DNA from: Clostridiaceae bacterium
Lineage (GTDB): Bacteria; Bacillota; Clostridia; Saccharofermentanales; DTU023
Assembly (NCBI GenBank): GCA_012521015.1
Contig: JAAYNE010000093.1
Span: 1,420 to 65,419, forward strand
DNA length: 64,000 nucleotides
Direction: 5' to 3'
The translations under genes and the position numbers were made by a program. This document shows positions 16,727 through 29,360 of this stretch, piece by piece (the first letter of the stretch is position 1; every line of letters starts with the position of its first letter). The notes under the pieces are model-generated. The model had not been told where the DNA came from. It ran no database searches and saw only the letters and a list, made by a program, of their open reading frames with translations.

Positions 16727-18073
16727 ATGCAAGAACAAAATGCTCATATTATTTGGCAAAATGTATGTCAAAATTATCTAGAAAAAGAAGTTCCGACTCT
16801 CACATACACAACTTGGTTGAAACCCATCATTCCCCTGCTATATAATGACGATACTTTTGTTTTATCTGTGCCGAATGAAATTTCACGTGATTTTGTAGTT
16901 CAATATAAAGATATGATTAGTACCGCTTTGAAACTTACAACACAAAAGACTTTTGATGTAAAGGTCGAAATTAATGCTCAAGAGAATTTACAAAATCTAA
17001 AACAAAATATTTTAACTAAAGAGGATGAAGGGGCATCGTACATTTCAAATGATATATTAAATCCTGCTTACACATTTGAGTCATTTGTTGTAGGTTCAGG
17101 GAACCGCTTTGCTCATGCAGCTTGTGTTGCAGTCGCTTCTTTACAAAATAGCAATAACTATAATCCATTATTCCTCTACGGTGGTTCTGGTCTTGGTAAA
17201 ACTCATTTAATGCACGCAATAGGAAATTATGTTCAAGATAATTTTCCTGATAAAAGTGTAATTTATGTAAATTCTGAAAATTTTATTAATGAATTTATTG
17301 AAGCAATCAGGCTTAAAGAATTCGAGCCTTTCCGTAATAAATATCGAATGACAGATTTGTTGTTAATTGATGATGTCCAATTTTTAGAAAATAAAGAAAG
17401 AATGCAGGAGGAATTTTTCCATACATTTAATGCTTTGTATGAAGCAGGAAAAAATATCGTAATGACTTGTGATAAGCCACCGCAATCATTAATTACTCTC
17501 GAGGAAAGATTAAAAACCCGTTTCTCCAGTGGTATTACAATAGATATTAATCCACCTGATTATGAAACAAGGATTGCTATCTTACTTCAATTAGCACAGA
17601 CTCATCGAGTCGAGTGGCCAGACGAAGTTTTTGATTATATTGCAACGAATATTTCTTCTAATATTCGTGAACTTGAAGGTGCATTTAAAACTATTTATGC
17701 TTATTCAATGTTAGGTGGCGGAATAAATCTTGCTTCAACTAAAAATGCTCTGAAAGATCAAATTGATCCCCGTTCGATTAAAAGCTTAAGCTCCGAATTA
17801 ATTATGAATGTGACAGCTAATTATTTTAATGTAACTGTTGATGATTTAAAATCAAAAAAACGTAGTCAAGAAATTGTTCAACCACGTCAAATTTCTATGT
17901 ATCTATGTCGCAATTTACTTAATATGACATATAAAGATATTGGTAATGATTTCGGTAATAAAAATCATGCAACAGTAATGCATGCTTGTGATCGGATTAA
18001 AGAAGAATTAAATAATAATTTAGAATTAGAAAATTTAATTAAAGAAATTAATTTACGTCTTTCTCCTATTTAA
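16727..18073 (+). CDS. dnaA: Chromosomal replication initiator DnaA
   Basis: 448 aa; AAA+ Walker A GGSGLGKTHL, LLIDDVQFL box; C-terminal DNA-binding domain (…NHATVMHA…). Confidence 0.97.
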   Translation: MQEQNAHIIWQNVCQNYLEKEVPTLTYTTWLKPIIPLLYNDDTFVLSVPNEISRDFVVQYKDMISTALKLTTQKTFDVKVEINAQENLQNLKQNILTKEDEGASYISNDILNPAYTFESFVVGSGNRFAHAACVAVASLQNSNNYNPLFLYGGSGLGKTHLMHAIGNYVQDNFPDKSVIYVNSENFINEFIEAIRLKEFEPFRNKYRMTDLLLIDDVQFLENKERMQEEFFHTFNALYEAGKNIVMTCDKPPQSLITLEERLKTRFSSGITIDINPPDYETRIAILLQLAQTHRVEWPDEVFDYIATNISSNIRELEGAFKTIYAYSMLGGGINLASTKNALKDQIDPRSIKSLSSELIMNVTANYFNVTVDDLKSKKRSQEIVQPRQISMYLCRNLLNMTYKDIGNDFGNKNHATVMHACDRIKEELNNNLELENLIKEINLRLSPI

Positions 18074-18084
18074 TTTTTTGTTTT

Positions 18085-18360
18085 TTATTAACAAATTTAT
18101 TATCAATTGTGTAAAACTAAATACTAAATAATATGGAAAAAGTATTAATAAAAATTGGAATGTTGATTATGTTAAAAATATAGAAGTTATTAATGAACAG
18201 TTCACAGTATTTTTTACATTAAAAAATACTAATATACCAAAGCTCGATATTGGTTATTAACAAAATTAACAGTGTATAATAAGAGGATGAATACTAGTTA
18301 AGTAATATAGTATAATATTATTGTTAAGAAAAATTACTAATAAAAAACTATTATAAATTG
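18085..18360 (+). other. oriC part 2: DnaA-box-like 9-mers plus AT-rich region between dnaA and dnaN
   Basis: TTATTAACA (18085), TTATTATCA (18097), TTATTAACA (18254), AAATTAACA (18264). These are followed by a run of NAN triplets TAA TAA GAG GAT GAA TAC TAG (18277-18297) and very AT-rich DNA up to dnaN. Confidence 0.55.
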
Positions 18361-18380
18361 TTTATCAGAAAGGAAAGTAT

Positions 18381-19484
18381 ATGAAACTTATCTGCTCAAA
18401 AAATTTATTAAATGACGCAATTTCCATGGCACAAAAAGCAATTGCTACTCGCTCTACTCTGCCAATTCTTGACGGTTTATTATTTGAAGCAGAGGGTGAT
18501 ACTTTAATAATTACCGGATATGATTTAGAAACAGGAATTGAATGTAAAATAGATACAGATGTAATAAGTCCCGGAAAAGTAGTATTAAATGCAAAAATGA
18601 TCGGTGATATTGTACGTAAATTGCCAGAAGAAATCATAAATATCGAAGTAGAAACGAATTTTATTATTAAAATTACTAGCGGAAAAGCACAGTTTAAAAT
18701 AAAAGGAATTGAAGCAGCAGATTACCCTAAAATACCAATTGTTGAAGAAGCAGAAAAAATGCAAGTTTCCCAACGTGTATTAAAAGATATGATAAATCAA
18801 ACAATTTTTGCTGCTAGCTCAGATGAAAACAGACCAATTTTAAATGGAATAAAAGTTGTTGCAGATAATAACAAGCTTGAATTAATTGCGATAGACGGTT
18901 TCCGTTTAGCAATTAGACGTGAAAAGTTTAAAGAAGAATTGCCGGCGATGTCTTTTATTGTTCCTGCTAAAGCGATGCAAGAAGTTTCAGGAATTCTTGA
19001 TCCGACCGACAATCCGGTTAAAATTTATCCTTCCCATAATCATATTTTATTTGATACTGGTTCAGTGAAGCTTGTTTCAAGATTATTGCAGGGTGAATAT
19101 ATGGATTATAATAAAGTCGTTCCAAGCGAAGTGATGAGTCAAGTTAAGTTAAAAACAAAAGATATGTTAAGTGCGATTGACCGAGCTTCATTGGTAATTA
19201 ATGTTGAACAAAGGCGTTTCCCAGTGACAGTTGAAAATTCGGATAAAGAAACTCTAGTTATTTCATCGCAAACAGATTTAGGTGAAGTTCATGAAGAAAT
19301 TCCGATTAACTTAGAGGGCGAAAATATTGATGCAGATTACAACCCGAAATATTTTTTGGATGCTTTGCGCAATATTCCAGTCGAAATGATATATCTCGAA
19401 TTTTCCGGAACATTTGGACCTTGTTTAATTAAACCTTTAGAAGGGGAACAATTCCTTTATTTAGTACTTCCCTTACGCAGATAA
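18381..19484 (+). CDS. dnaN: DNA polymerase III beta sliding clamp
   Basis: 367 aa, canonical position after dnaA, three-domain clamp pattern. Confidence 0.95.
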   Translation: MKLICSKNLLNDAISMAQKAIATRSTLPILDGLLFEAEGDTLIITGYDLETGIECKIDTDVISPGKVVLNAKMIGDIVRKLPEEIINIEVETNFIIKITSGKAQFKIKGIEAADYPKIPIVEEAEKMQVSQRVLKDMINQTIFAASSDENRPILNGIKVVADNNKLELIAIDGFRLAIRREKFKEELPAMSFIVPAKAMQEVSGILDPTDNPVKIYPSHNHILFDTGSVKLVSRLLQGEYMDYNKVVPSEVMSQVKLKTKDMLSAIDRASLVINVEQRRFPVTVENSDKETLVISSQTDLGEVHEEIPINLEGENIDADYNPKYFLDALRNIPVEMIYLEFSGTFGPCLIKPLEGEQFLYLVLPLRR

Positions 19485-19606
19485 TATTATTAATTTAGTT
19501 TCTAAAATTTTAAAAGCGAATATTTGTATCAATATCAAATAAAATTTATTTAAATAAATATATTGATTTTAAATTTATTAAGTTAAAAAAGATATTTTTA
19601 TCATAG

Positions 19607-21115
19607 ATGAAAGTTAAACGAATTAAATTAAAAAACTTTCGTAATTATACGGAACAAACTATTGAAATTGCTTCAGGAACAAATGTATTTGTCGGCCAAA
19701 ATGCTCAAGGCAAAACAAATATTCTTGAAGCAATTTATATGTGTACTTGTGCCCGCTCCCATCGTACAGGAAAAGATGATGATTTAATAAAAGACGGTGC
19801 GGATTTTTATCAGGTAGAAATTCAATTTGAATCAGATAAATTAGTTTTTGAGAACAAATCGATTACAAATGATGAATTCTTAAATATAGAAGGATCGCAA
19901 TTTAACAGTAAATTTACTATTGTTAATAAAAAATTAAATGACGAAAAAAGCACTGAAAATAATTTAGAACAAAGGTTATATAAACAAAAGTCATTAGTTG
20001 AAGAAATTAAAATTGAATATAAAAAACAGCCAACTATTGAAAGGAATATTTATTATTGTGGTTTGAAGCAAGAAAAAATCAGTGATTTGATTGGTCTTTT
20101 TCATGCAGTTATTTTTGCACCGGAAGATGTAATGTTAATTAAAGAAGGTCCTGCAGGAAGAAGACGTTTTTTAGATTTACTGATATCGCAGATAAAACCA
20201 TTATATTTTAAAAATTTGCAGCTTTATCAACAGTATCTTAAACAAAGAAATAATTTATTAAAAATACTAAGAGATATGCAATTTGATCAAAGAATGAATA
20301 GTACGACTTATGATCCCGAAATTTATAGATTTAATTTACTACAATTAACAATTTGGACGGAACATTTAGCTAAAATATCAGCACAAATTATCAACACCAG
20401 GCAAAAATATATTTTACAAATTGAGGAATTTGCAATAAAAGCTTTAGAAAAAATTTCTAATGGAAAAGAAAAGCTAAAAATCAATTATAAAACTGTTTCC
20501 GGAATAAACCCAAAACTTGATTCAAATCAAATTTATGAAAGCTTAATGTATCGATTTGAACGTCAACAAGAAGATGATATTCAACGAGGGAGTACAGGAA
20601 GCGGCTCACATCGAGATGATCTGGAGTTACTTGTTGATAATAACTTACTTAAAGAACGCGGTTCACAAGGACAACAAAGGTCTGCAGTACTAGCCTTAAA
20701 ATTGGCTGAATTGCAAATTATCGAGAATGAAACAAATCAAAAGCCGGTTCTTCTCTTGGACGATGTAATGTCTGAATTAGATGATCAAAGAAGAACTCAT
20801 TTGCTTTCTGCATTTGAAGATAATCAAGTCTTTATTACTTGTACTGACTTAGGACAAATTTATCCGGAATATAAAGGAAAACTATCAGATAAAGAAGAAT
20901 TGCTCAATGAAAAGATATTGTCAGATAATTTAAGTCAGCATAATAATGAAGTTTCTGAAGTAGATTTGACAGATACATCAGATAAACAGAATTTATCAGA
21001 TTTTGATGATATTGAAAACGAATTAGAAAACAATATTGAAAATAACTTAAACCACTCATATATCAACTTTTTCAAGATTCACGAAGGTACCGTTAAACGT
21101 CAATATTTGTTATAA
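19607..21115 (+). CDS. recF: DNA replication/repair protein RecF (unusually long, two insertions)
   Basis: Walker A GQNAQGKTN, signature GSQGQQRS, Walker B LLLDDV. 502 aa versus ~370 typical. Confidence 0.9.
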   Translation: MKVKRIKLKNFRNYTEQTIEIASGTNVFVGQNAQGKTNILEAIYMCTCARSHRTGKDDDLIKDGADFYQVEIQFESDKLVFENKSITNDEFLNIEGSQFNSKFTIVNKKLNDEKSTENNLEQRLYKQKSLVEEIKIEYKKQPTIERNIYYCGLKQEKISDLIGLFHAVIFAPEDVMLIKEGPAGRRRFLDLLISQIKPLYFKNLQLYQQYLKQRNNLLKILRDMQFDQRMNSTTYDPEIYRFNLLQLTIWTEHLAKISAQIINTRQKYILQIEEFAIKALEKISNGKEKLKINYKTVSGINPKLDSNQIYESLMYRFERQQEDDIQRGSTGSGSHRDDLELLVDNNLLKERGSQGQQRSAVLALKLAELQIIENETNQKPVLLLDDVMSELDDQRRTHLLSAFEDNQVFITCTDLGQIYPEYKGKLSDKEELLNEKILSDNLSQHNNEVSEVDLTDTSDKQNLSDFDDIENELENNIENNLNHSYINFFKIHEGTVKRQYLL

Positions 21116-21227
21116 TATAACTCATAAAGATTTGTATGATAATTAGCCAGAGACAAACAAAAATAAGAAGGAATCTTAATAATTATCTAGTTGAGTGATT
21201 TTTGGTAATTATCGAGCGGAGGCCGAA

Positions 21228-21476
21228 TTGTATATTCATATTGGAGGCGATTATACTCTTTCTGATAAATGGATTGTGGGAATTTTTGATATAGATCAAA
21301 CTACGACTTACGGAACAGATACTAATAATTTTTTGAGAAAACGAGAGCAACTAGGCAAGTTAGAGATTGTATCACCTGATTTACCGAGATCTTTTATAGT
21401 AACTTTTGATAGAGTCTATCTCTCACCTATTTCTGCAAAGACTATATTTGCACGCTCCCGCCAAAAACAAACATAA
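21228..21476 (+). CDS. remB: DUF370/RemB-family protein
   Basis: LYIHIGGDYTLSDKWIVGIFDID matches the DUF370 N-terminus; conserved recF-remB-gyrB position. TTG start at 21228 after a GAGCGGAGG RBS (ORF-track start 21195 is less likely). Confidence 0.6.
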   Translation: MYIHIGGDYTLSDKWIVGIFDIDQTTTYGTDTNNFLRKREQLGKLEIVSPDLPRSFIVTFDRVYLSPISAKTIFARSRQKQT

Positions 21477-21674
21477 GTTCTTTTTAATAAGATATTAATA
21501 TCAGATGATATGTAAATCTTTTTATATAGAACATAATTAGTTAACTAACGAATAAGCTGGATGACTAATGGATAAATATATTAATTATACAAAAATCATA
21601 AATTATTTTATATATAAAAACACTATTAATGAAGAGATATTTTAAAAAAAAGAAAGGTCTAAAGGTTTTAATAA

Positions 21675-23843
<2,169 letters not shown>

Positions 23844-23925
23844 TCATAAATAATGATCATCTATTAAATCAAAGACTGATACTTCATTTAATGCAAGTCA
23901 TTAATAACTAATTAATAATCAATTT

Positions 23926-23961
23926 GCCACTCCAAAAACACTCTTGGGGTGGCTTTTGTTT
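23926..23961 (+). terminator. Rho-independent terminator of gyrB
   Basis: 10-bp stem GCCACTCCAA/TTGGGGTGGC (one G-U), 8-nt loop, TTTTGTTT tail. Confidence 0.75.
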
Positions 23962-23972
23962 CACGTGAAACA
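23957..23972. other. parS centromere-like site (perfect consensus)
   Basis: TGTTTCACGTGAAACA matches TGTTNCACGTGAAACA; overlaps the terminator T-tract. Confidence 0.85.
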
Positions 23973-24284
23973 TTCTGTGTAAATAATGGTTTTATAAACA
24001 TCATAAACAATATTTACTGAAAAGCATGATAATTATTTCTCAAAAGCGAGTTAAACTATATTTTTGTACTTTGTTTTTGAATGATAATTTTGTTTTTACG
24101 CAATTGATCTTTGAACAAGTATTAGAGAATTGTAATTAAATAGTAGTTTAGATTTTCAAAAAATTACTAGTTTTTGTTAGTAATTTTAAAGATAATAGAA
24201 ATAAATTCTGTTAAAATTAAATATATTGATTAGAATAAACAAAAGATTTTATTTAAATCAATAATTAATTCTTAGGAGTATTTT

Positions 24285-25067
24285 ATGATCGTTTCAATAG
24301 TAAATCAAAAAGGTGGTGTTGGCAAAACAACGACAGCTGTGAATCTTGCTGATAATCTGGCTAGAATTAAACAGAAAACACTACTAATTGATCTTGATCC
24401 CCAAGGAAATACGACCTCAAGTTTTGGTATTGATAAAAAAACGCAAGAAACAACGATTTATGATACTATTATCAACCAAAAACCAATCGAGGAAATAGTG
24501 TTAAAAAATGTTAGAAAGAATTTAGATGTAATACCTTCAAATATTGATTTAGCAGGTGCTGAAGTTGAATTAGTTTCAATTGTTTCACGTGAAACAATTC
24601 TTAAACAAGCTTTGGAATCAATAAAGCAAGAGTATGAAATAATTATTATTGATTGTCCTCCCTCTTTAGGATTGTTAACAGTAAATGCTCTAACTGCATC
24701 AGATTCTTTAATAATACCAATTCAAGCCGAATATTATGCATTAGAAGGGTTGAGTCAACTAATTGATACTATTGGAATGATTCATGATAATTTGAATCCC
24801 GAATTATTTGTGTTAGGTGTTTTAGTCACGATGTTTGATACTAGAACCCAATTATCACACCAAGTAGCAAATGAAATAAATAATTTCTTCAGTGATTTAG
24901 TTTTTGATACTGTAATACCACGAAATGTCAGATTGAGTGAGGCTCCTAGTTTTGGCTTACCGATCCAAGAACATGATAAATGGTCTAAAGGAGCTAGAAG
25001 TTATAGAGCACTAGCTAAAGAAGTAGTTAAAAGAGTTAAAAATAAACCCCGCAATTTATTCAAATGA
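24285..25067 (+). CDS. soj: Chromosome partitioning ATPase ParA/Soj
   Basis: 260 aa; deviant Walker A NQKGGVGKTTT. Confidence 0.9.
   Translation: MIVSIVNQKGGVGKTTTAVNLADNLARIKQKTLLIDLDPQGNTTSSFGIDKKTQETTIYDTIINQKPIEEIVLKNVRKNLDVIPSNIDLAGAEVELVSIVSRETILKQALESIKQEYEIIIIDCPPSLGLLTVNALTASDSLIIPIQAEYYALEGLSQLIDTIGMIHDNLNPELFVLGVLVTMFDTRTQLSHQVANEINNFFSDLVFDTVIPRNVRLSEAPSFGLPIQEHDKWSKGARSYRALAKEVVKRVKNKPRNLFK
24581..24596. other. Second perfect parS site, inside the soj coding sequence
   Basis: TGTTTCACGTGAAACA, encoding …VSRET…. Confidence 0.85.
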
Positions 25068-25159
25068 CAGCGAAAAGAATTTGAAAAATTATTAAAAAGC
25101 ACGTTATATATCTTTGTTTTATTTAACATTAGAATCAAGACGGATATAGGAGAGAATTA

Positions 25160-26053
25160 ATGTCAGCAAAAAATAAAAAACAAACAGGACTTGGTAAAGG
25201 GTTAGGAGCTTTGTTGGGTCAGACCGAAAAACAGTTTCAACAATCTTCAAAAAGTGTGGAAAAAATAATTGAATTAGATATAGAGGAGATTAGTCCTAAT
25301 AAAGATCAACCAAGACATGAGTTTGATCAAGAAAAACTTAAAGAGCTTGCTCAATCAATTAAACAACATGGAATTCTTCAACCAATAATTGTTACCTTTA
25401 AAGAAAATCCGGATCATTATAGAATCATTGCTGGTGAAAGACGTTGGCGAGCTGCCAGAATTGCTGGTTTAAAAACCATACCGGCGATAATTAGAGATGT
25501 AGAAGATCATCTAATTATTCAACATTCGATTATTGAAAATATTCAAAGAGAAAACTTAAATCCAGTAGAAGAAGCAAATGCGTTTTATGATTTAATGAGT
25601 CAATATAATATGACACAGGAGGAATTAGCGAAAACTTTAGGCAAAAGCAGATCAGCTGTAGCTAATACTCTTCGTTTAAAAAATTTGCCAGAAGAGATTC
25701 TAAAAGAATTGGCTTCCGCAAATATTTCAGCAGGACATGCCAGATGTTTATTGTCTCTTCCTGAGGTTGAAGATCAAATTAACACATGTAAATTAATAGT
25801 TGCAAAGGATTTGAGTGTTAGAGAAACAGAAGCTTATATAAAAAAATTTAATGAACCTGTTATTAGGTCTAAACCCAAAAAGAGAGTAGACATTGAATAT
25901 CAATTGAGTATCAAAAAAATTGAAACGGATCTTTCGAAATTGTTAGGAACCAGAGTAAAGCTAAAAGACAATTCAGGTAAGGGACAAATAATAATTCCGT
26001 ATAATAATAATGATGAACTGAGTAGACTTATGAATATTTTATCTGCAGAATAA
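25160..26053 (+). CDS. spo0J: Chromosome partitioning protein ParB/Spo0J
   Basis: 297 aa; ParB box IAGERRWRAA, HTH region, C-terminal dimerisation domain. Confidence 0.9.
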   Translation: MSAKNKKQTGLGKGLGALLGQTEKQFQQSSKSVEKIIELDIEEISPNKDQPRHEFDQEKLKELAQSIKQHGILQPIIVTFKENPDHYRIIAGERRWRAARIAGLKTIPAIIRDVEDHLIIQHSIIENIQRENLNPVEEANAFYDLMSQYNMTQEELAKTLGKSRSAVANTLRLKNLPEEILKELASANISAGHARCLLSLPEVEDQINTCKLIVAKDLSVRETEAYIKKFNEPVIRSKPKKRVDIEYQLSIKKIETDLSKLLGTRVKLKDNSGKGQIIIPYNNNDELSRLMNILSAE

Positions 26054-26385
26054 TATAAAAAACATATTAATATTTTCAAATTATTATTTATGTTAATCTC
26101 AAAATGATTCTATAAGTAAAAAACAATAAAAAACATTTGTTCTTTTTCAAACCGTTTTTCTGTTTTGTTGTAGTAGATAATACTTTATAAAATATATTAA
26201 AAACCAATAAAGTAGTCTAAAAAAGCAAATTGCCTCAATGGGTTGGAGTTGTAACTCTCTTAAAAATTAATATTGTAGATCCGGAAATTATTGTAAGTTA
26301 TTGTAAATAAATGGAGATACAAAAATACTTGTTGAATAGGTTATGTTAGAATAAAGATTTTTAAGTATTAATTTTTATATAAGAA

Positions 26386-26437
26386 CTAAAAAAGCAATAG
26401 TGTGAGTTAATTACTGACAATATTGCTTTTGTATTTT
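26386..26437. terminator. Bidirectional hairpin terminator
   Basis: AAGCAATA (26392-26399) / TATTGCTT (26421-26428) flanked by an A-run and a T-run. Lies 3' of the minus-strand nitroreductase gene. Confidence 0.5.
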
Positions 26438-26492
26438 AGTATACTTACCAATTAGTTACAGTTCGTACTTGAATTTTTGCAGATATTATATT

Positions 26493-27035
26493 TTAATAAA
26501 ATTCTCTTATTTGATTACGATTAAGTTCATGTGGTAATTTTTTTGAATTTGCGTAACCAATGGCAATTGCGATGCAGAAACGTTCATCTTCTTCCATATC
26601 TAAACGATTTTTTAGATTGTTTGGATTGTTTTCAGCGAAAGCAGGTGCAGCCATACCGATAATACATGAAGCAAGTCCGAGAGATTCTGAAGCCAAACAA
26701 AGACTTTGTGCAACAATGCCTGCATTCAAATCTGAATAAATAGTTTTAGGTGAACTTAAGACAAAAATAGTTGGTGCATTATAAAAAATATTGTCTGCAT
26801 TTCTCTCTTGCATTCTCTTTTTTGCTTTTGCATCCATTAAACGAAAACATTCTTGAGAAATATCATGAATTAGATTTATGTCTTGAATCACATTTATCTT
26901 TAAATCTTGCAAATTAATTGCAGTGGGCGAAGCCAATGTGGCATTAACTAAAGAGTCTAAGTCTTCATTTTTGATTTGTGTTCTTTTGAAATCACGACAA
27001 CTACTTCTTTTTTTTATAGCAGATAAAACGTCCAT
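26493..27035 (-). CDS. Nitroreductase-family protein
   Basis: 180 aa; N-terminal …RSSCRDF… motif typical of the NADH oxidase/nitroreductase fold. Confidence 0.65.
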   Translation of the reverse strand: MDVLSAIKKRSSCRDFKRTQIKNEDLDSLVNATLASPTAINLQDLKINVIQDINLIHDISQECFRLMDAKAKKRMQERNADNIFYNAPTIFVLSSPKTIYSDLNAGIVAQSLCLASESLGLASCIIGMAAPAFAENNPNNLKNRLDMEEDERFCIAIAIGYANSKKLPHELNRNQIREFY

Positions 27036-27478
27036 TAAAATACCTCCATAATTTACTTCGTTATTATTATATCATCTAATAGGTTTCATCTAACAAATGA
27101 TTTTTTATATTAACTATAATAATTTATTAAAGAATTAATAGAATTAGTAAAGAATAAAGTTTGGGGAAGACAGCATACTAAAAACTAATAGAGTGTTCAA
27201 AAAGTATATAAAGATTAGAGTTACTAATTCAGCAAAACATGTAATAACAACATGATGCATTTTATAATCAATAATTATATTGAAATAATCGGTTTTTTAA
27301 AATTTACGCTAAAAGAATAAGTAGTGGAATGTAGGCTAAAATGAAATTTAATTGCAGTTTTAATTGCAATTAATAAGAAATACATGTCTATTAAATATTA
27401 AATAATCTAAAAGAATAATCATGTATAATAAGCATTATCTTATAAAATACTAATTTTTTATTAAGACAGGAGAAAAAC

Positions 27479-27775
27479 ATGGTTGAGTCGACTATTTATG
27501 TGAGAAACAAGACAGGCCTACACTTAAGACCGGCAACAGAGCTTTCACAATTATGTGCCAGAATGAATTCAGAGATTAAAATTGTTTTTGGAGACAAACA
27601 CATAAACCCGAAAAGTGTATTAATGCTATTAGGTGCAGGAATCAAACAAGGATCAAAAATTTTGATTCGAGTTGAAGGACCAAATGAGGATGAAGATTTA
27701 AAGACAATCGAAGATGCGATTAATGGTGGTTTCGATGAGGAAATGATTCCTGTAGATGAAATTGTTGATGAATAA
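27479..27775 (+). CDS. HPr-family phosphocarrier protein
   Basis: 98 aa; GLH15LRPA active-site His and KS46VL regulatory Ser both present. Confidence 0.8.
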   Translation: MVESTIYVRNKTGLHLRPATELSQLCARMNSEIKIVFGDKHINPKSVLMLLGAGIKQGSKILIRVEGPNEDEDLKTIEDAINGGFDEEMIPVDEIVDE

Positions 27776-29360
27776 AGAAATTAAAATTCCTTGGTATAAA
27801 AAAGGGGATATCGATGCCGGACTAGGTACATTTTTTGATAGTTTTGGCAAAATTATTATTGCTATCCCGATCTTAATCGGTGTCTTACATATGCCAGAAC
27901 AGCTGGTTTTTGGTAAGGTTGTGGCAGCAACCGGTTTTACGGTGTTCATCTTTTCTTTATTTAATACACTACTTGCCAGGGATCTAGGCAAAAAAACACA
28001 GAATAGAGATATAACAGCTCTGTTCGGCGGCATTTCGGGAACGACATTCTTCGTTTGGTTAAATGCCATTATGTTGCCGACATATTTTGTCAGTCAAGAT
28101 CCAATATTTGCTTGGTCAGTAACGATTGGAGTTTCACTAATTTACTCAGCTTTGCAACTGATTTTATCATTTGTTTTCAGTCTTATTTTTAAATTTATTC
28201 CCCGAGAAGCATTAATGGGTGCTACAGTTGGCGGTGCTTTGACGTGGATGATTCTTTCCCCACTGGGAGAAGCTTTTACAACTCCTTGGGTGATAATTCC
28301 TACATTATTTATATTGTTTGCTTTTTATTTCGGAGAAATTAAACCTAAATTCGGTTCGCCTGCTTTAATAGCGATCGGGGTCGGTACAATTATTGCTTGG
28401 GCAAGCGGGGTAATGCAAGTTAACAATCTGAGGGAATCTTTTGCAAACTTGAATTTCTATTTACCAAGTTTTCAATTTGGTCTTCTAACAAATAAATCAT
28501 TGCAAGCTGCATTAAATTATTTACCATTAATTATAGCGTATTTACTTGCCGAATTAACTGCTGATATGCAGGCATTTGCTCAAGCTGAAGAAAGTAAAGA
28601 GATATATCCGGTACGTACAGCCTTGATAGGTCTTTCTTTGAGTAATTTATTGGGTTCATTATTAGGCAGTCCGTTTCTTTTAAATTATTATTGGGGACAT
28701 CCTGCCTGGAAAAAAGCTGAAGCCGGAGCAAGTTATTCGTTATTTTCCGGCATTGTGCATCTGATTTTATGTTTGACCGGATTAGTTGCTGTCGTCACTT
28801 CACTAATTCCTGTCAGCGCTTCATTAGTTATGCTTGTCTACATTGGAATAGTATCCGGTGCAGGAGCGTTTGCAGCCGGACGCAAACGTTATTACGGTGC
28901 GATGATGTTTGGTGTTGCGATTCCGCTTTTTGAATTAGTTAATAATAAAGTATTTTCAGTTATAAACGTGTTAGACAACTTCACCCTAAACAATTCAGGT
29001 TTAATCAGCGAGCAAAACACTGATAGTTTAGCGAATATAGGTGATGGCTCAACAACAATTATTGCAACAAAATTAGCAGAAGCAGGTTATGCGGGAGGTT
29101 TTATTACACTTGCTCAAGGTGCAATGACTATTGCAATTTTATATGCATCAATTCTATATCTGATCATCGATCATAAATGGCTCAAAACATCTGTTTTCTT
29201 TTTAGTTGCAACAATATTCTCGTTTTTCGGTTTAATCCATGCGAAAGAACTTACAATTAATGCAAATCCTGCCCTTAGCTTAACTTATTTCGGTTTAGCA
29301 ATCACATTCTTGATAATTTGGTTGATATCTAAAAATAAAAGAAACAGAAATAAAATTTAA
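27756..29360 (+). CDS. Large polytopic permease, possibly NCS2/AzgA-related (family uncertain)
   Basis: 534 aa, >10 predicted TM stretches. Start overlaps the HPr gene by 20 nt (or by 8 nt if the ATG at 27768 is used). Confidence 0.55.
   Translation: MKLLMNKEIKIPWYKKGDIDAGLGTFFDSFGKIIIAIPILIGVLHMPEQLVFGKVVAATGFTVFIFSLFNTLLARDLGKKTQNRDITALFGGISGTTFFVWLNAIMLPTYFVSQDPIFAWSVTIGVSLIYSALQLILSFVFSLIFKFIPREALMGATVGGALTWMILSPLGEAFTTPWVIIPTLFILFAFYFGEIKPKFGSPALIAIGVGTIIAWASGVMQVNNLRESFANLNFYLPSFQFGLLTNKSLQAALNYLPLIIAYLLAELTADMQAFAQAEESKEIYPVRTALIGLSLSNLLGSLLGSPFLLNYYWGHPAWKKAEAGASYSLFSGIVHLILCLTGLVAVVTSLIPVSASLVMLVYIGIVSGAGAFAAGRKRYYGAMMFGVAIPLFELVNNKVFSVINVLDNFTLNNSGLISEQNTDSLANIGDGSTTIIATKLAEAGYAGGFITLAQGAMTIAILYASILYLIIDHKWLKTSVFFLVATIFSFFGLIHAKELTINANPALSLTYFGLAITFLIIWLISKNKRNRNKI

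Noticed and set aside
27698-28069. 123-aa minus-strand ORF overlapping the HPr/permease junction
   Set aside because: It is antisense to two supported genes and has no recognisable domain.
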